A stretch of 64,000 nt of DNA from an uncultured Chloroflexia bacterium (GTDB lineage Bacteria; Chloroflexota; Dehalococcoidia; Dehalococcoidales; RBG-16-60-22): NCBI GenBank assembly GCA_963739395.1, contig CAVUAE010000001.1, forward strand, positions 518,056 to 582,055, written 5' to 3'. The translations under genes were made by a program, and so were the position numbers. Below the pieces are notes generated by a model, which was not told where the DNA came from, searched no databases, and saw only the letters and a program-made list of their open reading frames with translations. Positions 17,237 to 27,306 of this stretch are shown here, piece by piece; the stretch's first letter is position 1, and each line of letters begins with the position of its first letter.

Positions 17237-17277
17237 TTGAATATGAAAAAAGAATATAGTGGAGGTCAGCATCCGAA

Positions 17278-18735
17278 ATGAAGAGCGATTTTTTGCTCGC
17301 CATAACGCAGCTGGCGGCAGAAAAAAATCTGCCTAAGGATGTGGTTCTTAACGCTGTAGAAGCGGCGCTGATATCAGCTTATAAGAAGGACAGCTTTTCC
17401 TCCAGTCAAAACGTAGCTGTAAAAATCAATACTTCGACGGGTAAGGTAGAGGTTTGGGCGGAAAAAACGGTAGTGGAGAAGGTTAAAAATCCAGATACCG
17501 AGATTCTGCTAAAGGACGCTAAAAAGCTTCAAAACGACATCAAACTCGGTGAATTGTTTATGGTGGAGTCCACCCCCGAGAATGCCGGTCGTATCGCCGC
17601 GCAGACAGCTAAACAGGTCATATCACAGCGTCTGCACGAAGCCGAGCATAGCGCTATTTTCGAAGAGTATGCGGATAAAGAGGGGGAGGTAGTAAGTGGA
17701 GTCGTCCAGCGTTTCGAGGCAGGACAGGCGTACATTGAACTAGGCAGAACCGAAGCCGTACTGCCAGCCGCAGAACAGGTGCGCTCTGAGCGCTATCGCG
17801 TTGGCCAACATTTGAAGGTTGTACTACTGCAGGTTGCTCACACCACTAAAGGACCCAGAGTAATTGTCTCGCGCTCCCATCCGGAGTTATTACGCCGCTT
17901 ATTCGAGCTGGAAGTGCCGGAGGTTTATAACGGCACCGTGGAGATAAAGTCCATCGCGCGTGAAGCCGGTTTCCGCAGTAAAATAGCCGTATCCGCCAAA
18001 CAGGAGGGCATCGACCCAGTTGGGTGTTGCGTGGGACTGCGAGGCATCAGAATACAGAACATCGTTAGCGAGTTGAGCGGCGAGAAAATCGATGTGGTGA
18101 TGTGGAGTCCCGACCCGGCTACCTTCATCGCTAACGCCCTTAGTCCGGCGCATATCGTCGGCGTACAGCTGAATAAAAAAGACCAGGTAGCCACCGTCAT
18201 CGTGCCAGATAAGCAATTATCTCTGGCTATCGGTAAAGAAGGACAGAACGCGCGGCTGGCGGCGAAACTTACCGGCTGGCGTATCGATATCAAGAGCGCT
18301 TCGACAGCCGAACTCGAGAAGATAAAAGAACCAGCGCTCGAGACAAAAGAGGCGGTAGGCATCGAAGTCGGCGGAGGAGAGGAAGGAAAGCTACCTGGGG
18401 AAATGCCAACCGAGCTTGAACCGCTGGAGTTAGTCGAGGAGCCGACCGAAGAGGCAGAGGAAAAGGAGGAGGAAGAAGAAGAGGAAGAGGGTGAACCGGT
18501 TGCCGCCGAAATTCTCATGCCTCCGAAAATAAAAACGGAACAAGGCGAAGGGAAGGCAAAATTACGCTTCGCCGAGGATATACTACCAACTCGCCATGTT
18601 AAAGAAACCGTAAAACCGTCCAAGACAAAGAAGAAAAAGAAAGGCGCTTACGCTAAGGCTACCGGTGAAGATACCAGCAAAGCTAAAAAAGCGCGTCGAC
18701 GCTATACCGAAGAGGAGGAAGAAGAATATTTCTAA
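17278..18735 (+). CDS. nusA: transcription termination/antitermination factor NusA with an acidic/basic low-complexity C-terminal tail
   Basis: 485 aa with N-terminus [26 protein letters not shown]1 and KH domains (GACVGxRG-like [13 protein letters not shown]), and the tail [13 protein letters not shown]...KTKKKKKG...EEEEEEYF. Confidence 0.93.
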   Translation: MKSDFLLAITQLAAEKNLPKDVVLNAVEAALISAYKKDSFSSSQNVAVKINTSTGKVEVWAEKTVVEKVKNPDTEILLKDAKKLQNDIKLGELFMVESTPENAGRIAAQTAKQVISQRLHEAEHSAIFEEYADKEGEVVSGVVQRFEAGQAYIELGRTEAVLPAAEQVRSERYRVGQHLKVVLLQVAHTTKGPRVIVSRSHPELLRRLFELEVPEVYNGTVEIKSIAREAGFRSKIAVSAKQEGIDPVGCCVGLRGIRIQNIVSELSGEKIDVVMWSPDPATFIANALSPAHIVGVQLNKKDQVATVIVPDKQLSLAIGKEGQNARLAAKLTGWRIDIKSASTAELEKIKEPALETKEAVGIEVGGGEEGKLPGEMPTELEPLELVEEPTEEAEEKEEEEEEEEGEPVAAEILMPPKIKTEQGEGKAKLRFAEDILPTRHVKETVKPSKTKKKKKGAYAKATGEDTSKAKKARRRYTEEEEEEYF

Positions 18736-19033
18736 CGCCCGCCAGGAAACAAGCAAAGCTATACCGCAACGAACCTGCATAACCTGCAGACAAACTAAAA
18801 ACAAGCGAGAATTAGTGCGGGTAGTACGTACCACTGCGGGCGAAGTAGAAATAGATTTAAAGGGGAAGATGGAGGGGCGGGGAGCTTATTTATGTCGAAA
18901 TTGGGCATGCTGGGAGACCGCTTTAAAGGGCGACCAGCTTGGACATGCTTTAAAAGTAAAAATTAACCGCGATAACACCGAATGGCTTAGTAAAGCCGGC
19001 AGAGAAATACTTAAGGAGTTAATCGGTGGCTAG
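18665..19033 (+). CDS. ylxR: YlxR/DUF448-family RNA-binding protein
   Basis: Shows [19 protein letters not shown] and GRGAYLC motifs. The only in-frame canonical start is the ATG at 18665, which overlaps the last 71 nt of nusA. Confidence 0.75.
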   Translation: MKIPAKLKKRVDAIPKRRKKNISNARQETSKAIPQRTCITCRQTKNKRELVRVVRTTAGEVEIDLKGKMEGRGAYLCRNWACWETALKGDQLGHALKVKINRDNTEWLSKAGREILKELIGG

Positions 19034-20894
19034 AGTCAGTAAACCGAAAAAAGCTACGACAACAGCGGCGGAAAAACCTGCGAAAGAAGAAAAACCAAGC
19101 AAAGAAGCGACGCAGGATAAAACCCCGGTTATCGACCTGCCGCGTTCGATAAGCGTGCGTCAGCTGGCCGAACTCCTGAACGTCGACGCTATCAATATTA
19201 TCAAGCAATTGATGCGTAACGGCATCATGGCGAATATCAACCAGGTTATCGATTATGAAACTGCCTCTTCAGTTATTTCCAGCTTCGGCTTTAAGCCACA
19301 TCTGACGCCGATAAAAGACCAACTGCTAGCCCACGCCGCCGAAGAAAGTAAGCGACTCAAGCGAAAATACGGTAAAGATTCGGAGAACCTTGTGCCGCGT
19401 CCACCGGTAGTGACCGTGATGGGACACGTCGACCACGGCAAGACGAAGCTACTCGACGCTATCAGAAAGACCAATGTAGTGGACTCCGAAGCAGGCGGCA
19501 TCACTCAGCATATCGGCGCCTACCAGGTAACTATCGACGGACAAAAAATCACCTTTTTAGATACCCCAGGCCACGAAGCGTTTACTGCCATGCGCGCCCA
19601 CGGCGCCAACATCACCGACGTCACTATTCTCGTCGTAGCTGCCGATGATGGCGTCATGCCGCAGACCAAGGAAGCCATTGACCATGCTCGCGCGGCGGAT
19701 GTCCCTATCGTTGTCGCTATTAACAAGATAGATAAAGATAACGCTAATCCTACCCTGGTAAAACAGCAGCTTACCGAAGCCGGACTGGTGGTAGAGGAAT
19801 GGGGAGGCACTGTCGTAGCCGTAGAAGTCTCCGCTAAAGAAAAAAAGGGCATCAAGGAGCTGTTGGAAAGTGTGCTGCTAGTCGCCGAAATGGAAGAACT
19901 GAAGGCGAACCCTAATCTACCTGCCGCCGGCATCGTGATTGAAGCCGAAATGGATAAAACGATGGGGCCGCTGGCAACCGTGCTGATAAAGTCCGGCACC
20001 TTGAGAGAGGAAGACAACGTAGTGGTGGGGACGACCTGGGGCAGAGTTAGAGCTATGTTCAACGACATGGGCAAGCGGATAAAAAAAGCCGAACCATCCA
20101 TGCCCGTGGAAATCCTAGGTCTAGGCGAGGTGCCGCAGGTAGGCGACACGCTGACCACTGCGACCGACGAACGCCACGCCCAGGCGATATTAGCCAGGCG
20201 ACGCACCGAGCAAGAAAAAGAAGCCCTTAAGGCAAGGAAAGTAGTTAATCTCGATAATCTTTACGAACAGATAAACGCTGGCAAAGTAAAAGAGCTTAAT
20301 GTCATTCTTAAGACAGATGTTCAGGGCAGTATCGAACCCATCAGGACATCACTGGAGCGGTTAGCGACAGAAGAAGTTAAGGTTAGGATAATCCATAGCG
20401 CTGCCGGTAATGTCAGTGAAAGCGATGTTATGTTAGCGGCGGCTTCCAACGGGCTAATCATCGGATTCAATGTCACTGCTCCAGAAGGAGCGCGTAAGTT
20501 AGCTGCTACCACAGGCGTAGATGTACGCTTTTATAAAATTATTTATTCACTTATCGATGATGTCGATAAAGCGCTTAAGGGATTACTGGAACCAAAGTTC
20601 ATCGAAGTCATCGAGGCGCGAGCTGATGTTAGAGCCGTCTTTTCGGCTGGCAAGGGAACGAAAGCCGCTGGTGTAATGGTGACCGAGGGTAAGATAACAC
20701 GCAATGCCTCCGTAAGAGTCAAGCGAGGCAAGGAGATACTGGCTGACTCTAAAGTAATTAGCTTGAAGCGATTTAAGGACGATGTTAAGGAGGTAGCCGC
20801 CGGCTACGAGTGCGGCGTGGGCGTCAAAGAGTTTAACGATTTTAAGGTCGGCGACGTTTTGGAATTCTATAAAATGGAGAAATCCAGTAAATAG
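19026..20894 (+). CDS. infB: translation initiation factor IF-2
   Basis: 622 aa with GTPase motifs [13 protein letters not shown] and NKID, plus the conserved C-terminal domains. Confidence 0.95.
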   Translation: MARVSKPKKATTTAAEKPAKEEKPSKEATQDKTPVIDLPRSISVRQLAELLNVDAINIIKQLMRNGIMANINQVIDYETASSVISSFGFKPHLTPIKDQLLAHAAEESKRLKRKYGKDSENLVPRPPVVTVMGHVDHGKTKLLDAIRKTNVVDSEAGGITQHIGAYQVTIDGQKITFLDTPGHEAFTAMRAHGANITDVTILVVAADDGVMPQTKEAIDHARAADVPIVVAINKIDKDNANPTLVKQQLTEAGLVVEEWGGTVVAVEVSAKEKKGIKELLESVLLVAEMEELKANPNLPAAGIVIEAEMDKTMGPLATVLIKSGTLREEDNVVVGTTWGRVRAMFNDMGKRIKKAEPSMPVEILGLGEVPQVGDTLTTATDERHAQAILARRRTEQEKEALKARKVVNLDNLYEQINAGKVKELNVILKTDVQGSIEPIRTSLERLATEEVKVRIIHSAAGNVSESDVMLAAASNGLIIGFNVTAPEGARKLAATTGVDVRFYKIIYSLIDDVDKALKGLLEPKFIEVIEARADVRAVFSAGKGTKAAGVMVTEGKITRNASVRVKRGKEILADSKVISLKRFKDDVKEVAAGYECGVGVKEFNDFKVGDVLEFYKMEKSSK

Positions 20895-20914
20895 TTAGTC
20901 GCCGAAATTCTGCT

Positions 20915-21274
20915 ATGCCACAGTCACATCGTATTGAACGCGTTAACGCCCTTATCCGTCGTGAAATCAGCGAGATTATCCAGCACGAACTTCGAGACCC
21001 CCGTTTAAGCGAGTTTATCACCGTCACCGAGGTCAATACCTCTCCCGACTTAAAACACGCTAAAGTCTACGTCTGCAGTATGAGCGGCCAGCAGGAGGAA
21101 GAGAAAATTTTAGGTGTTCTCAATTCAGCCGCAGGCTTCCTGCGCACAGCCTTGGCCAACAACATAACGATACGATATATCCCCGAGCTGCACTTCGTAT
21201 GGGACAACTCCCTCGAGCATGGCGACAAGATACTGCGGCTTATCGACGAAGTGTCGCACCAAGACAATCTTTAA
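20915..21274 (+). CDS. rbfA: ribosome-binding factor A
   Basis: 119 aa. RIERVNALIRREISEIIQHELRDPRL is typical RbfA, and the gene follows infB. Confidence 0.9.
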   Translation: MPQSHRIERVNALIRREISEIIQHELRDPRLSEFITVTEVNTSPDLKHAKVYVCSMSGQQEEEKILGVLNSAAGFLRTALANNITIRYIPELHFVWDNSLEHGDKILRLIDEVSHQDNL

Positions 21275-21339
21275 CCTTCCTAAATATCATTTATCTCATT
21301 TTGAATACTCAATTTTTGTAAAGGAAAAAAGGGTTCATT

Positions 21340-22236
21340 TTGGACGGAATACTAAATATCAATAAACCTGCGGGCAAGACGTCATTTGGTGTCGTGGCTT
21401 TGGTGAAGCGTCTGACGGGCGAACAACACGTAGGACATGCCGGCACACTTGACCCGGATGCTTCAGGAGTTTTACCAATCTGTCTGGGAAAAGCCACACG
21501 TGTCGTTGAATTTCTCATGGATAGTAAAAAAACCTATCTTGCCGAAATCGAGCTTGGTAAAGCGACTGATACCTTCGACGGCAGCGGTAAGGTTGTTTAC
21601 CAGAAAGACATTTCAGACATCGACATTGATAAAGTGAGACAAACATTAAAGCAATTCCAAGGTGATATTAAACAAACACCGCCGATGTATAGCGCTCTGA
21701 AACACCAAGGACAGCCCCTCTACCAGCTCGCCAGGTCGGGTATCAATATCGAACGAAAAAGCAGGAAAATTAAAATCTACCGACTGGATTTACTTACCTT
21801 GCAGATGCCGATAATAACCCTCGACGTTGAATGCAGTAAAGGCACCTATATACGCTCGCTGGCTAACGACCTGGGGGAGGTTTTGGGGTGCGGGGCTTAT
21901 CTTAAGCGCCTTGTTCGTTCCCACTACGGCATCTTTGATATCGAAACCGCTGTAACTTTAGCACAACTAGAAGAAGCGATAAAAAGGGAGAGCTGGCAAA
22001 AATTTCTCTACCCTATCGATAGCGTTTTACAGGACATGAGTACTATCACGGTGGATAAAAACGGAGAGGCAGCGATAAAAACAGGCAGTTCGCTTAAACA
22101 GAATGAAGGCGATAACGGCGCCCAAAACACTAACTCAAAATATCGGCGGGCGTATAGTCAGGACGGACGTTTTTTGGCGATATTAACACGGGAAAAAGAC
22201 GGCACGAACTGGCGACCGAAGAAGGTTTTTATATAG
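21340..22236 (+). CDS. truB: tRNA pseudouridine(55) synthase TruB
   Basis: 298 aa with GILNINKPAGKTS and the catalytic GHAGTLDPDASG motif. Confidence 0.92.
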   Translation: MDGILNINKPAGKTSFGVVALVKRLTGEQHVGHAGTLDPDASGVLPICLGKATRVVEFLMDSKKTYLAEIELGKATDTFDGSGKVVYQKDISDIDIDKVRQTLKQFQGDIKQTPPMYSALKHQGQPLYQLARSGINIERKSRKIKIYRLDLLTLQMPIITLDVECSKGTYIRSLANDLGEVLGCGAYLKRLVRSHYGIFDIETAVTLAQLEEAIKRESWQKFLYPIDSVLQDMSTITVDKNGEAAIKTGSSLKQNEGDNGAQNTNSKYRRAYSQDGRFLAILTREKDGTNWRPKKVFI

Positions 22237-22285
22237 GAATTCCCTAGTAAAACAATTATTATGTCAAGTATTTTGAGCTTAAACC

Positions 22286-22315
22286 TTGACAGTCTGGAGC
22301 TAAAGAGAGTATATT
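22286..22315 (+). promoter_or_regulatory. candidate promoter of the inositol-lipid operon
   Basis: TTGACA (22286-22291), an 18-nt spacer, then TATATT (22310-22315). Confidence 0.5.
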
Positions 22316-22318
22316 GCA

Positions 22319-22356
22319 ACGGATGCCCGCTAGAGCTGGCTAATCATCCGTTTTTT
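22319..22356 (+). promoter_or_regulatory. leader hairpin followed by a T6 run upstream of ino1 (terminator/attenuator-like)
   Basis: ACGGATG...(19-nt partly self-pairing loop)...CATCCGT then TTTTTT. It starts only a few nt after the predicted -10 and lies ~30 nt before the ino1 SD/ATG. Confidence 0.4.
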
Positions 22357-22387
22357 CCAGTGTTGAATCATCTCAAAAGAAAGGGGT

Positions 22388-23512
22388 ATGAAGAAAACGA
22401 TGGGGAAAATTAATGTGGCGATTATCGGCGTAGGCAACTGCGCTTCTTCCCTGGTACAGGGCGTTTATTATTACAAAAACGCTAAAGCATCAGAACAAGT
22501 ACCGGGTTTAATGCATGTCAATCTGGGCGGCTACCACATCAGCGATATCAACTTCGTCGCCGCTTTTGATATTGACAAAAACAAGGTGGGCAAAGACCTC
22601 GCCGAAGCTATTTATGCTAAACCTAATAATACCTATAAATTCTGCGACGTGCCGCTGACCGGCGTAAAAGTAAATCGGGGGATGACCCATGATGGACTGG
22701 GCAAGTACCTCTCGGAAATTATACAGAAGGCGCCCCCGCCAACAGTGGACATCGTCAAAGTGCTTAAAGAGACCAATACCCATGTCGTCTTGAATTACCT
22801 GCCCGTTGGCAGCGAGATGGCTACCAAGTGGTATGTCGAACAGGTCTTACAGGCTGGCTGCGGTTTCATCAACTGCATACCCGTCTTTATTGCCAGTCGG
22901 AAGGATTGGAGTGCCCGTTTTGCCGACCATGGATTGCCCATCATCGGCGACGATATTAAGTCGCAGGTAGGCGCAACCATTGTCCACCGCGTACTCACCA
23001 AGCTATTCGTTGACCGCGGCGTGAAACTGGAGAAGACTTATCAACTGAATTTTGGGGGCAATACTGACTTCCTCAATATGCTCGAAAGGGAGCGACTGGA
23101 ATCCAAGAAAATTTCTAAAACCGGCGCGGTCACTTCCCAGCTGCCCTATAAAATGGACCCCGATGATGTCCATGTAGGACCCAGCGACTACGTGCCGTTC
23201 CTGTTAGACCGTAAGTTCTGCCATATCAGGATGGAAGGACGCACCTTCGGCGACGTGCCGCTGCTGGTCGAAGCCAAACTGGAAGTCTGGGATAGTCCCA
23301 ACTCTGCCGGTGTGGTCATCGACGCGATAAGGTGCTGCAAGCTTGCCCTGGATAAAGGTTTAAAAGGAGCACTAACGGCACCATCCTCCTATTTTATGAA
23401 AACGCCGCCAATCCAGTACTCCGACTCCGAAGCTCGCACCAAGGTGGAAGAATTCATCGCGGCTAATGCCGCGCCTAAAGAAAAATCAGCTAAAAAACGG
23501 GAGTCAAAATAA
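22388..23512 (+). CDS. ino1: myo-inositol-1-phosphate synthase (small bacterial/archaeal type)
   Basis: 374 aa. It has the N-terminal Rossmann motif [22 protein letters not shown] and conserved GDDIKSQ and [12 protein letters not shown] regions. Confidence 0.85.
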   Translation: MKKTMGKINVAIIGVGNCASSLVQGVYYYKNAKASEQVPGLMHVNLGGYHISDINFVAAFDIDKNKVGKDLAEAIYAKPNNTYKFCDVPLTGVKVNRGMTHDGLGKYLSEIIQKAPPPTVDIVKVLKETNTHVVLNYLPVGSEMATKWYVEQVLQAGCGFINCIPVFIASRKDWSARFADHGLPIIGDDIKSQVGATIVHRVLTKLFVDRGVKLEKTYQLNFGGNTDFLNMLERERLESKKISKTGAVTSQLPYKMDPDDVHVGPSDYVPFLLDRKFCHIRMEGRTFGDVPLLVEAKLEVWDSPNSAGVVIDAIRCCKLALDKGLKGALTAPSSYFMKTPPIQYSDSEARTKVEEFIAANAAPKEKSAKKRESK

Positions 23513-23518
23513 GCAAGC

Positions 23519-24676
23519 ATGAAAATTGCCCTGGTCTCCCCGTATGACTTCGGCAGTCCGGGCGGCGTAGTCAGTCACATATCATGCTTAGAACAACAGT
23601 TTACCCGTCTGGGGCACGAGGTTAAAATTATCGCCCCGTCATCGAAGGCTGATGTTATTGCCGCCAGATTGGGTGACCGTTTTATCCACATCGGTACGCC
23701 CCGCCCTATGCCCGTCAGCGGCTCGATAGCCCGTATCACTATATCTCTATGGCTTGACCACAAAATAGAAGAGGTGTTCGACCGGGAGAAATTCGATATC
23801 TGCCACCTCCATGAACCTTTAATGCCGATGCTTTGCACTTCGGTCTTGCGCATCAAAAAAGCGCCGATGGTCGGTACTTTTCATGCTTCCGGCGGCAAAC
23901 CCTGGTATATCATGTTCACACCCATCGGTAAATGGTACCTCAACCGTTGGTTCCGCAAATTAGACGGGCGCATCGCTGTTTCGCAGGTAGCATTTGGATA
24001 TGTGAAAAAATACTTCCCTGCTGACTACGAAATTATCCCTAACGGAGTAGACACCCAACACTTCAATGACAAGGTCGAGCCCATCGAGAAATTTATCGAT
24101 GGTAAGATAAATATCCTTTTTGTAGGGCGGTTGGAAAAGCGTAAGGGATTCGATTACTTACTCGAAGCCTATAGACATATTAAGGCAGAAATGCCCGATT
24201 GCCGCCTGATACAGGTGGGGCCAGGGATACGACTCCGCAACAAGTATATCAAGCGCGTTCGCCGATATGGACTACAGGATGTGCATTTTACCGGCTATGC
24301 CTTATATAGAGATTTACCGAGATATTACAAGACTGCCGATATCGCTTGCTTTCCGGCGACGGGACGCGAGAGTCAAGGAATTGTCCTTTTAGAAGCGATG
24401 TCCGTCGGTAAGCCGATAGTCGCTTCGGCTATCGACGGCTTTACCAGCGTTTTTTCAGATGGTGTCGAAGGAATCGCAGTGCCTCCTAAAAACCCGAAAA
24501 AACTCGCCGAAGCTTTATTGAAACTCATGCGGAACAAACAACTACGTCAGGACATGGGCAAAAGAGGCATAATCAAGGCAAAACAGTATGATTGGTCAAA
24601 AATCGCTAATAAGTTGTTGGATTTATATCATGAGATTTTAAAGAACGGTAAAAAACCTGTTTCAAAACAAAAATGA
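23519..24676 (+). CDS. GT4-family glycosyltransferase (PimA-like phosphatidylinositol mannosyltransferase candidate)
   Basis: 385 aa with a GT-B fold. N-terminus MKIALVSPYDFGSPGGV; C-terminal EX7E-type region (RESQGIVLLEAMSVGKPIVAS). It is sandwiched between ino1 and a CDP-alcohol phosphatidyltransferase. Confidence 0.7.
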   Translation: MKIALVSPYDFGSPGGVVSHISCLEQQFTRLGHEVKIIAPSSKADVIAARLGDRFIHIGTPRPMPVSGSIARITISLWLDHKIEEVFDREKFDICHLHEPLMPMLCTSVLRIKKAPMVGTFHASGGKPWYIMFTPIGKWYLNRWFRKLDGRIAVSQVAFGYVKKYFPADYEIIPNGVDTQHFNDKVEPIEKFIDGKINILFVGRLEKRKGFDYLLEAYRHIKAEMPDCRLIQVGPGIRLRNKYIKRVRRYGLQDVHFTGYALYRDLPRYYKTADIACFPATGRESQGIVLLEAMSVGKPIVASAIDGFTSVFSDGVEGIAVPPKNPKKLAEALLKLMRNKQLRQDMGKRGIIKAKQYDWSKIANKLLDLYHEILKNGKKPVSKQK

Positions 24677-25269
24677 CAAAGTTAGATACAATACGTAAAA
24701 CGCTCGCTAAATATATTTCGGAACCGATAGTTAGTCTGATAGCTAAGACGCCGCTGACACCAAATATCATTACCTTTATCGGCTTTATCATTACTATCGG
24801 TGCCGGTGTGTTGGTGGTTACTGAGCATTTTCTGGCAGCAGGGATTTTAGTGCTGGTAGCAGGGCTGTTCGACATGCTGGACGGGGCTCTAGCGCGTATG
24901 ACCAATAAAACCACCCGTTTCGGTGCGATTTTGGATTCTACCCTCGACCGTATTTCTGAAGCCATACTTTTAATTGCTTTGTTAGCGGTGTTTGCCAGGA
25001 GTGGACTGGTAACGGAAAGCATTTTATCGGGGGTGGCGCTGGTGGGTTCGTTATTAGTAAGCTACATCCGCGCCAGGATGGAGGGACTTGGTGTTGAATG
25101 TAAAGCCGGACTTTTCACCCGTCCGGAGAGAGTCATCATCCTGGCACTGGGATTAATGTTGAGTCAGTTCGCTAACGCCCTGCTCATTATGCTGGCAGTT
25201 CTGACATTTTTCAGCTGGTTTACCGTCATCGAGCGGATGGTTTATGCCTGGCGTAAACTAAAAGATTAG
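24673..25269 (+). CDS. CDP-alcohol phosphatidyltransferase (phosphatidylinositol-phosphate synthase-like)
   Basis: 198 aa and multi-TM. It has the full signature DMLDGALARMTNKTTRFGAILDSTLDRISE, i.e. D-x2-DG-x2-AR-x8-G-x3-D-x3-D. It overlaps the upstream GT4 gene by 4 nt. Confidence 0.8.
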   Translation: MTKLDTIRKTLAKYISEPIVSLIAKTPLTPNIITFIGFIITIGAGVLVVTEHFLAAGILVLVAGLFDMLDGALARMTNKTTRFGAILDSTLDRISEAILLIALLAVFARSGLVTESILSGVALVGSLLVSYIRARMEGLGVECKAGLFTRPERVIILALGLMLSQFANALLIMLAVLTFFSWFTVIERMVYAWRKLKD

Positions 25270-25467
25270 AAACGATATAAAAATAGTATTAAGAGTACCT
25301 CGCAATCTACAGCTAGGAAGAAAATAGAACAAAAAAGCTACGGATAGTATAGATACGCTACCATCGTAACGACTGGTCATCTGTCAACGCTTTCCACTAC
25401 CTATTAGTACGATGGACATGGCACGCCTGCGATGGTAGAATGTATGGGTTTTGCGAAGGAGGAAAAA

Positions 25468-26751
25468 ATGGCGGTTGCTGCGGTTATCGGGGCACAATGG
25501 GGAGATGAGGGTAAAGGTAAAATCGTCGATATGCTGGCGGAGAAAGCCAGATATGTAGTACGCTTCTCCGGCGGCGATAATGCCGGTCATACGGTGGTCA
25601 ATCCTCACGGGGAATTCAAGCTGCGTCTGACGCCCTCGGGTATCTTCTATAAGAACACCACGTCCATCATCGGCAACGGTGTGGTTATTAATCCAGCGGT
25701 ATTGAACGACGAGGTGGATAACCTGAATGCGCGAGGCATCGATACTTCTAAGCTACTCATCAGCGACCGCGCTCATCTGATTATGCCCTACCATATCGTT
25801 ATCGAGGGATTGGAGGAAAAAGCGCTCGGCGATAAAGCCATCGGCACGACACTCAAGGGAATCGGGCCTGCTTTTGCCGATAAGGTGGCGAGGATGGGCA
25901 TTAGAGCGGGCGACCTTTTAGACAAAGCCTATTTTCGGAACAGACTCACTACGGTACTGGAAGCCAAAAACAAGTTGCTGACCAAGGTTTACGGGGCAAA
26001 AGCACTTTCTCTTGACGAAATTTACAGTCAATACTGCCAGTACGCTGACCGCTGGGCACCACGTATTTGCGATACGACCGCGGTGTTGGCAACAGCGATA
26101 GAACGCAACGAGCCGATACTGCTGGAGGGAGCGCAGGGATTCCTGCTCGACCCGGATTATGGCACCTATCCCTTCGTTACGTCTTCATCACCAGCGTCTG
26201 CCAATGCCTGCCTGGGTTCCGGTATAGCTCCTAATAAAATTACGCATATCATCGGCGTCTTTAAAGCCTTTCAGACGCGTGTAGGCGCCGGACCGATGCC
26301 GACGGAGCTGAAGGACGCCACCGGCGATGCTATACGCGAGCGGGGACATGAATACGGGACAACTACGGGAAGAGCGCGGCGCTGCGGCTGGTTTGACGCC
26401 GTGGCAGCGCGTTTAAGCATGGGTATTAACGGTTTTAGTTCCATGGTTATAACCCGCATTGATATTCTCGATAATATGCCGCACCTCAAGATTTGCACCG
26501 GCTACAAAGTCGACGGCAAGAATATCGATGATTTCCCAGCGAGCGTTAACGTGCTGGAAAAATGCCAACCAGTTTATGAGGACATACCGGGTTGGGATAA
26601 GCCCACCAGCGACGTCCGTAAGTATAAAGACCTGCCCTCCAACGCCAAGCGTTATATTGAGCGACTGGAAGAATTAATCGGCTGTCCGGTGAGTTATATT
26701 TCCGTCGGCAGGCACCGCGAACAAACGATTATAAGAAAGTCGATTTTCTAA
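25468..26751 (+). CDS. purA: adenylosuccinate synthetase
   Basis: GAQWGDEGKGK P-loop at the N-terminus. I place the start at the ATG at 25468 because AGGAGG lies 7 nt upstream; the track ORF starts at 25432. Confidence 0.93.
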   Translation: MAVAAVIGAQWGDEGKGKIVDMLAEKARYVVRFSGGDNAGHTVVNPHGEFKLRLTPSGIFYKNTTSIIGNGVVINPAVLNDEVDNLNARGIDTSKLLISDRAHLIMPYHIVIEGLEEKALGDKAIGTTLKGIGPAFADKVARMGIRAGDLLDKAYFRNRLTTVLEAKNKLLTKVYGAKALSLDEIYSQYCQYADRWAPRICDTTAVLATAIERNEPILLEGAQGFLLDPDYGTYPFVTSSSPASANACLGSGIAPNKITHIIGVFKAFQTRVGAGPMPTELKDATGDAIRERGHEYGTTTGRARRCGWFDAVAARLSMGINGFSSMVITRIDILDNMPHLKICTGYKVDGKNIDDFPASVNVLEKCQPVYEDIPGWDKPTSDVRKYKDLPSNAKRYIERLEELIGCPVSYISVGRHREQTIIRKSIF

Positions 26752-26753
26752 TA

Positions 26754-26847
26754 GTCATTCTGAGGGAGTCCCTCGGTTACTCTTGGGACGACCGAAGAAT
26801 CTCGCCCAGTCGAAAATAACGAGATCCTTCGCTACGCTCAGGATGAC
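26754..26847. repeat. REPIN-like composite palindrome (two hairpin arms in inverted orientation, GTCAT...ATGAC termini)
   Basis: The left arm is GTCATTCTGAGG...CGAAGAATCTC and the right arm is GAGATCCTTCGCTACGCTCAGGATGAC. The termini are inverted (GTCATTCTGAG versus GTCATCCTGAG on the other strand). It has the same architecture as 48595..48680. Confidence 0.75.
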
Positions 26848-26850
26848 AAT

Positions 26851-27306
26851 GTGACCAAAATGATTACTATTCGAGAAGCTAAAGAAAAAGACATCCCTCG
26901 CCTGCTGGAGCTTTATCAACAGCTTTCTTTCAATCCGAGCGACTATAAAAAAGCGCCGCTGGAAGAATGCCGTCGCGTGTTCAAAAAGCAGTCCAAAATA
27001 CCGGGGTATAGTCTGTTAGTGGCGGAGGAAAACGGGGAGGTTATCGGCACGACGGTTCTGGCGATACTGCCAGGCATGGCGCACGGTACGAATCCCTTTG
27101 CTGTGATTGAATACGTAGTCGTGGATGAGAAAAAACGCAGCCAAGGTGTTGGAAAAAAGTTAATGGACTACTGCAAAGATGTAGCTAAAAACGCCGGCTG
27201 CTATAAAATAATGCTTACCAGCGATAAGCGGCGTAAACGGGCGCATAAGTTTTACCAGTCAGTGGGGTTCGCGGCGTCGGCGGAGGGGTTTAGGTTTTAC
27301 TTCTAG
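26851..27306 (+). CDS. GNAT-family N-acetyltransferase
   Basis: 151 aa with the motif VVDEKKRSQGVGKKLMDYCKDVAK. The start is either the GTG at 26851 or the ATG at 26860. Confidence 0.75.
   Translation: MTKMITIREAKEKDIPRLLELYQQLSFNPSDYKKAPLEECRRVFKKQSKIPGYSLLVAEENGEVIGTTVLAILPGMAHGTNPFAVIEYVVVDEKKRSQGVGKKLMDYCKDVAKNAGCYKIMLTSDKRRKRAHKFYQSVGFAASAEGFRFYF

Noticed and set aside
17925-18623. 232-aa minus-strand ORF (Ser-rich) inside nusA. Similar long antisense ORFs occur in infB (19520..20206), pnp (41818..42420, 42907..43467), dnaB (10334..10864) and selB (57266..58054).
   Set aside because: All lie entirely within confidently identified genes on the other strand. They have low-complexity Ser/Pro/Leu-rich products and no start context. 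They are typical shadow ORFs.
25360-25445. Alternative pairings upstream of purA. CTACCATCG can pair with CGATGGTAG or with an internal TACGATGG.
   Set aside because: The best -10 candidate (TGGTAGAAT, ~25433-25441) lies downstream of most of the structure. The hairpins are therefore probably not in the transcript, and there is no match to a purine riboswitch consensus.
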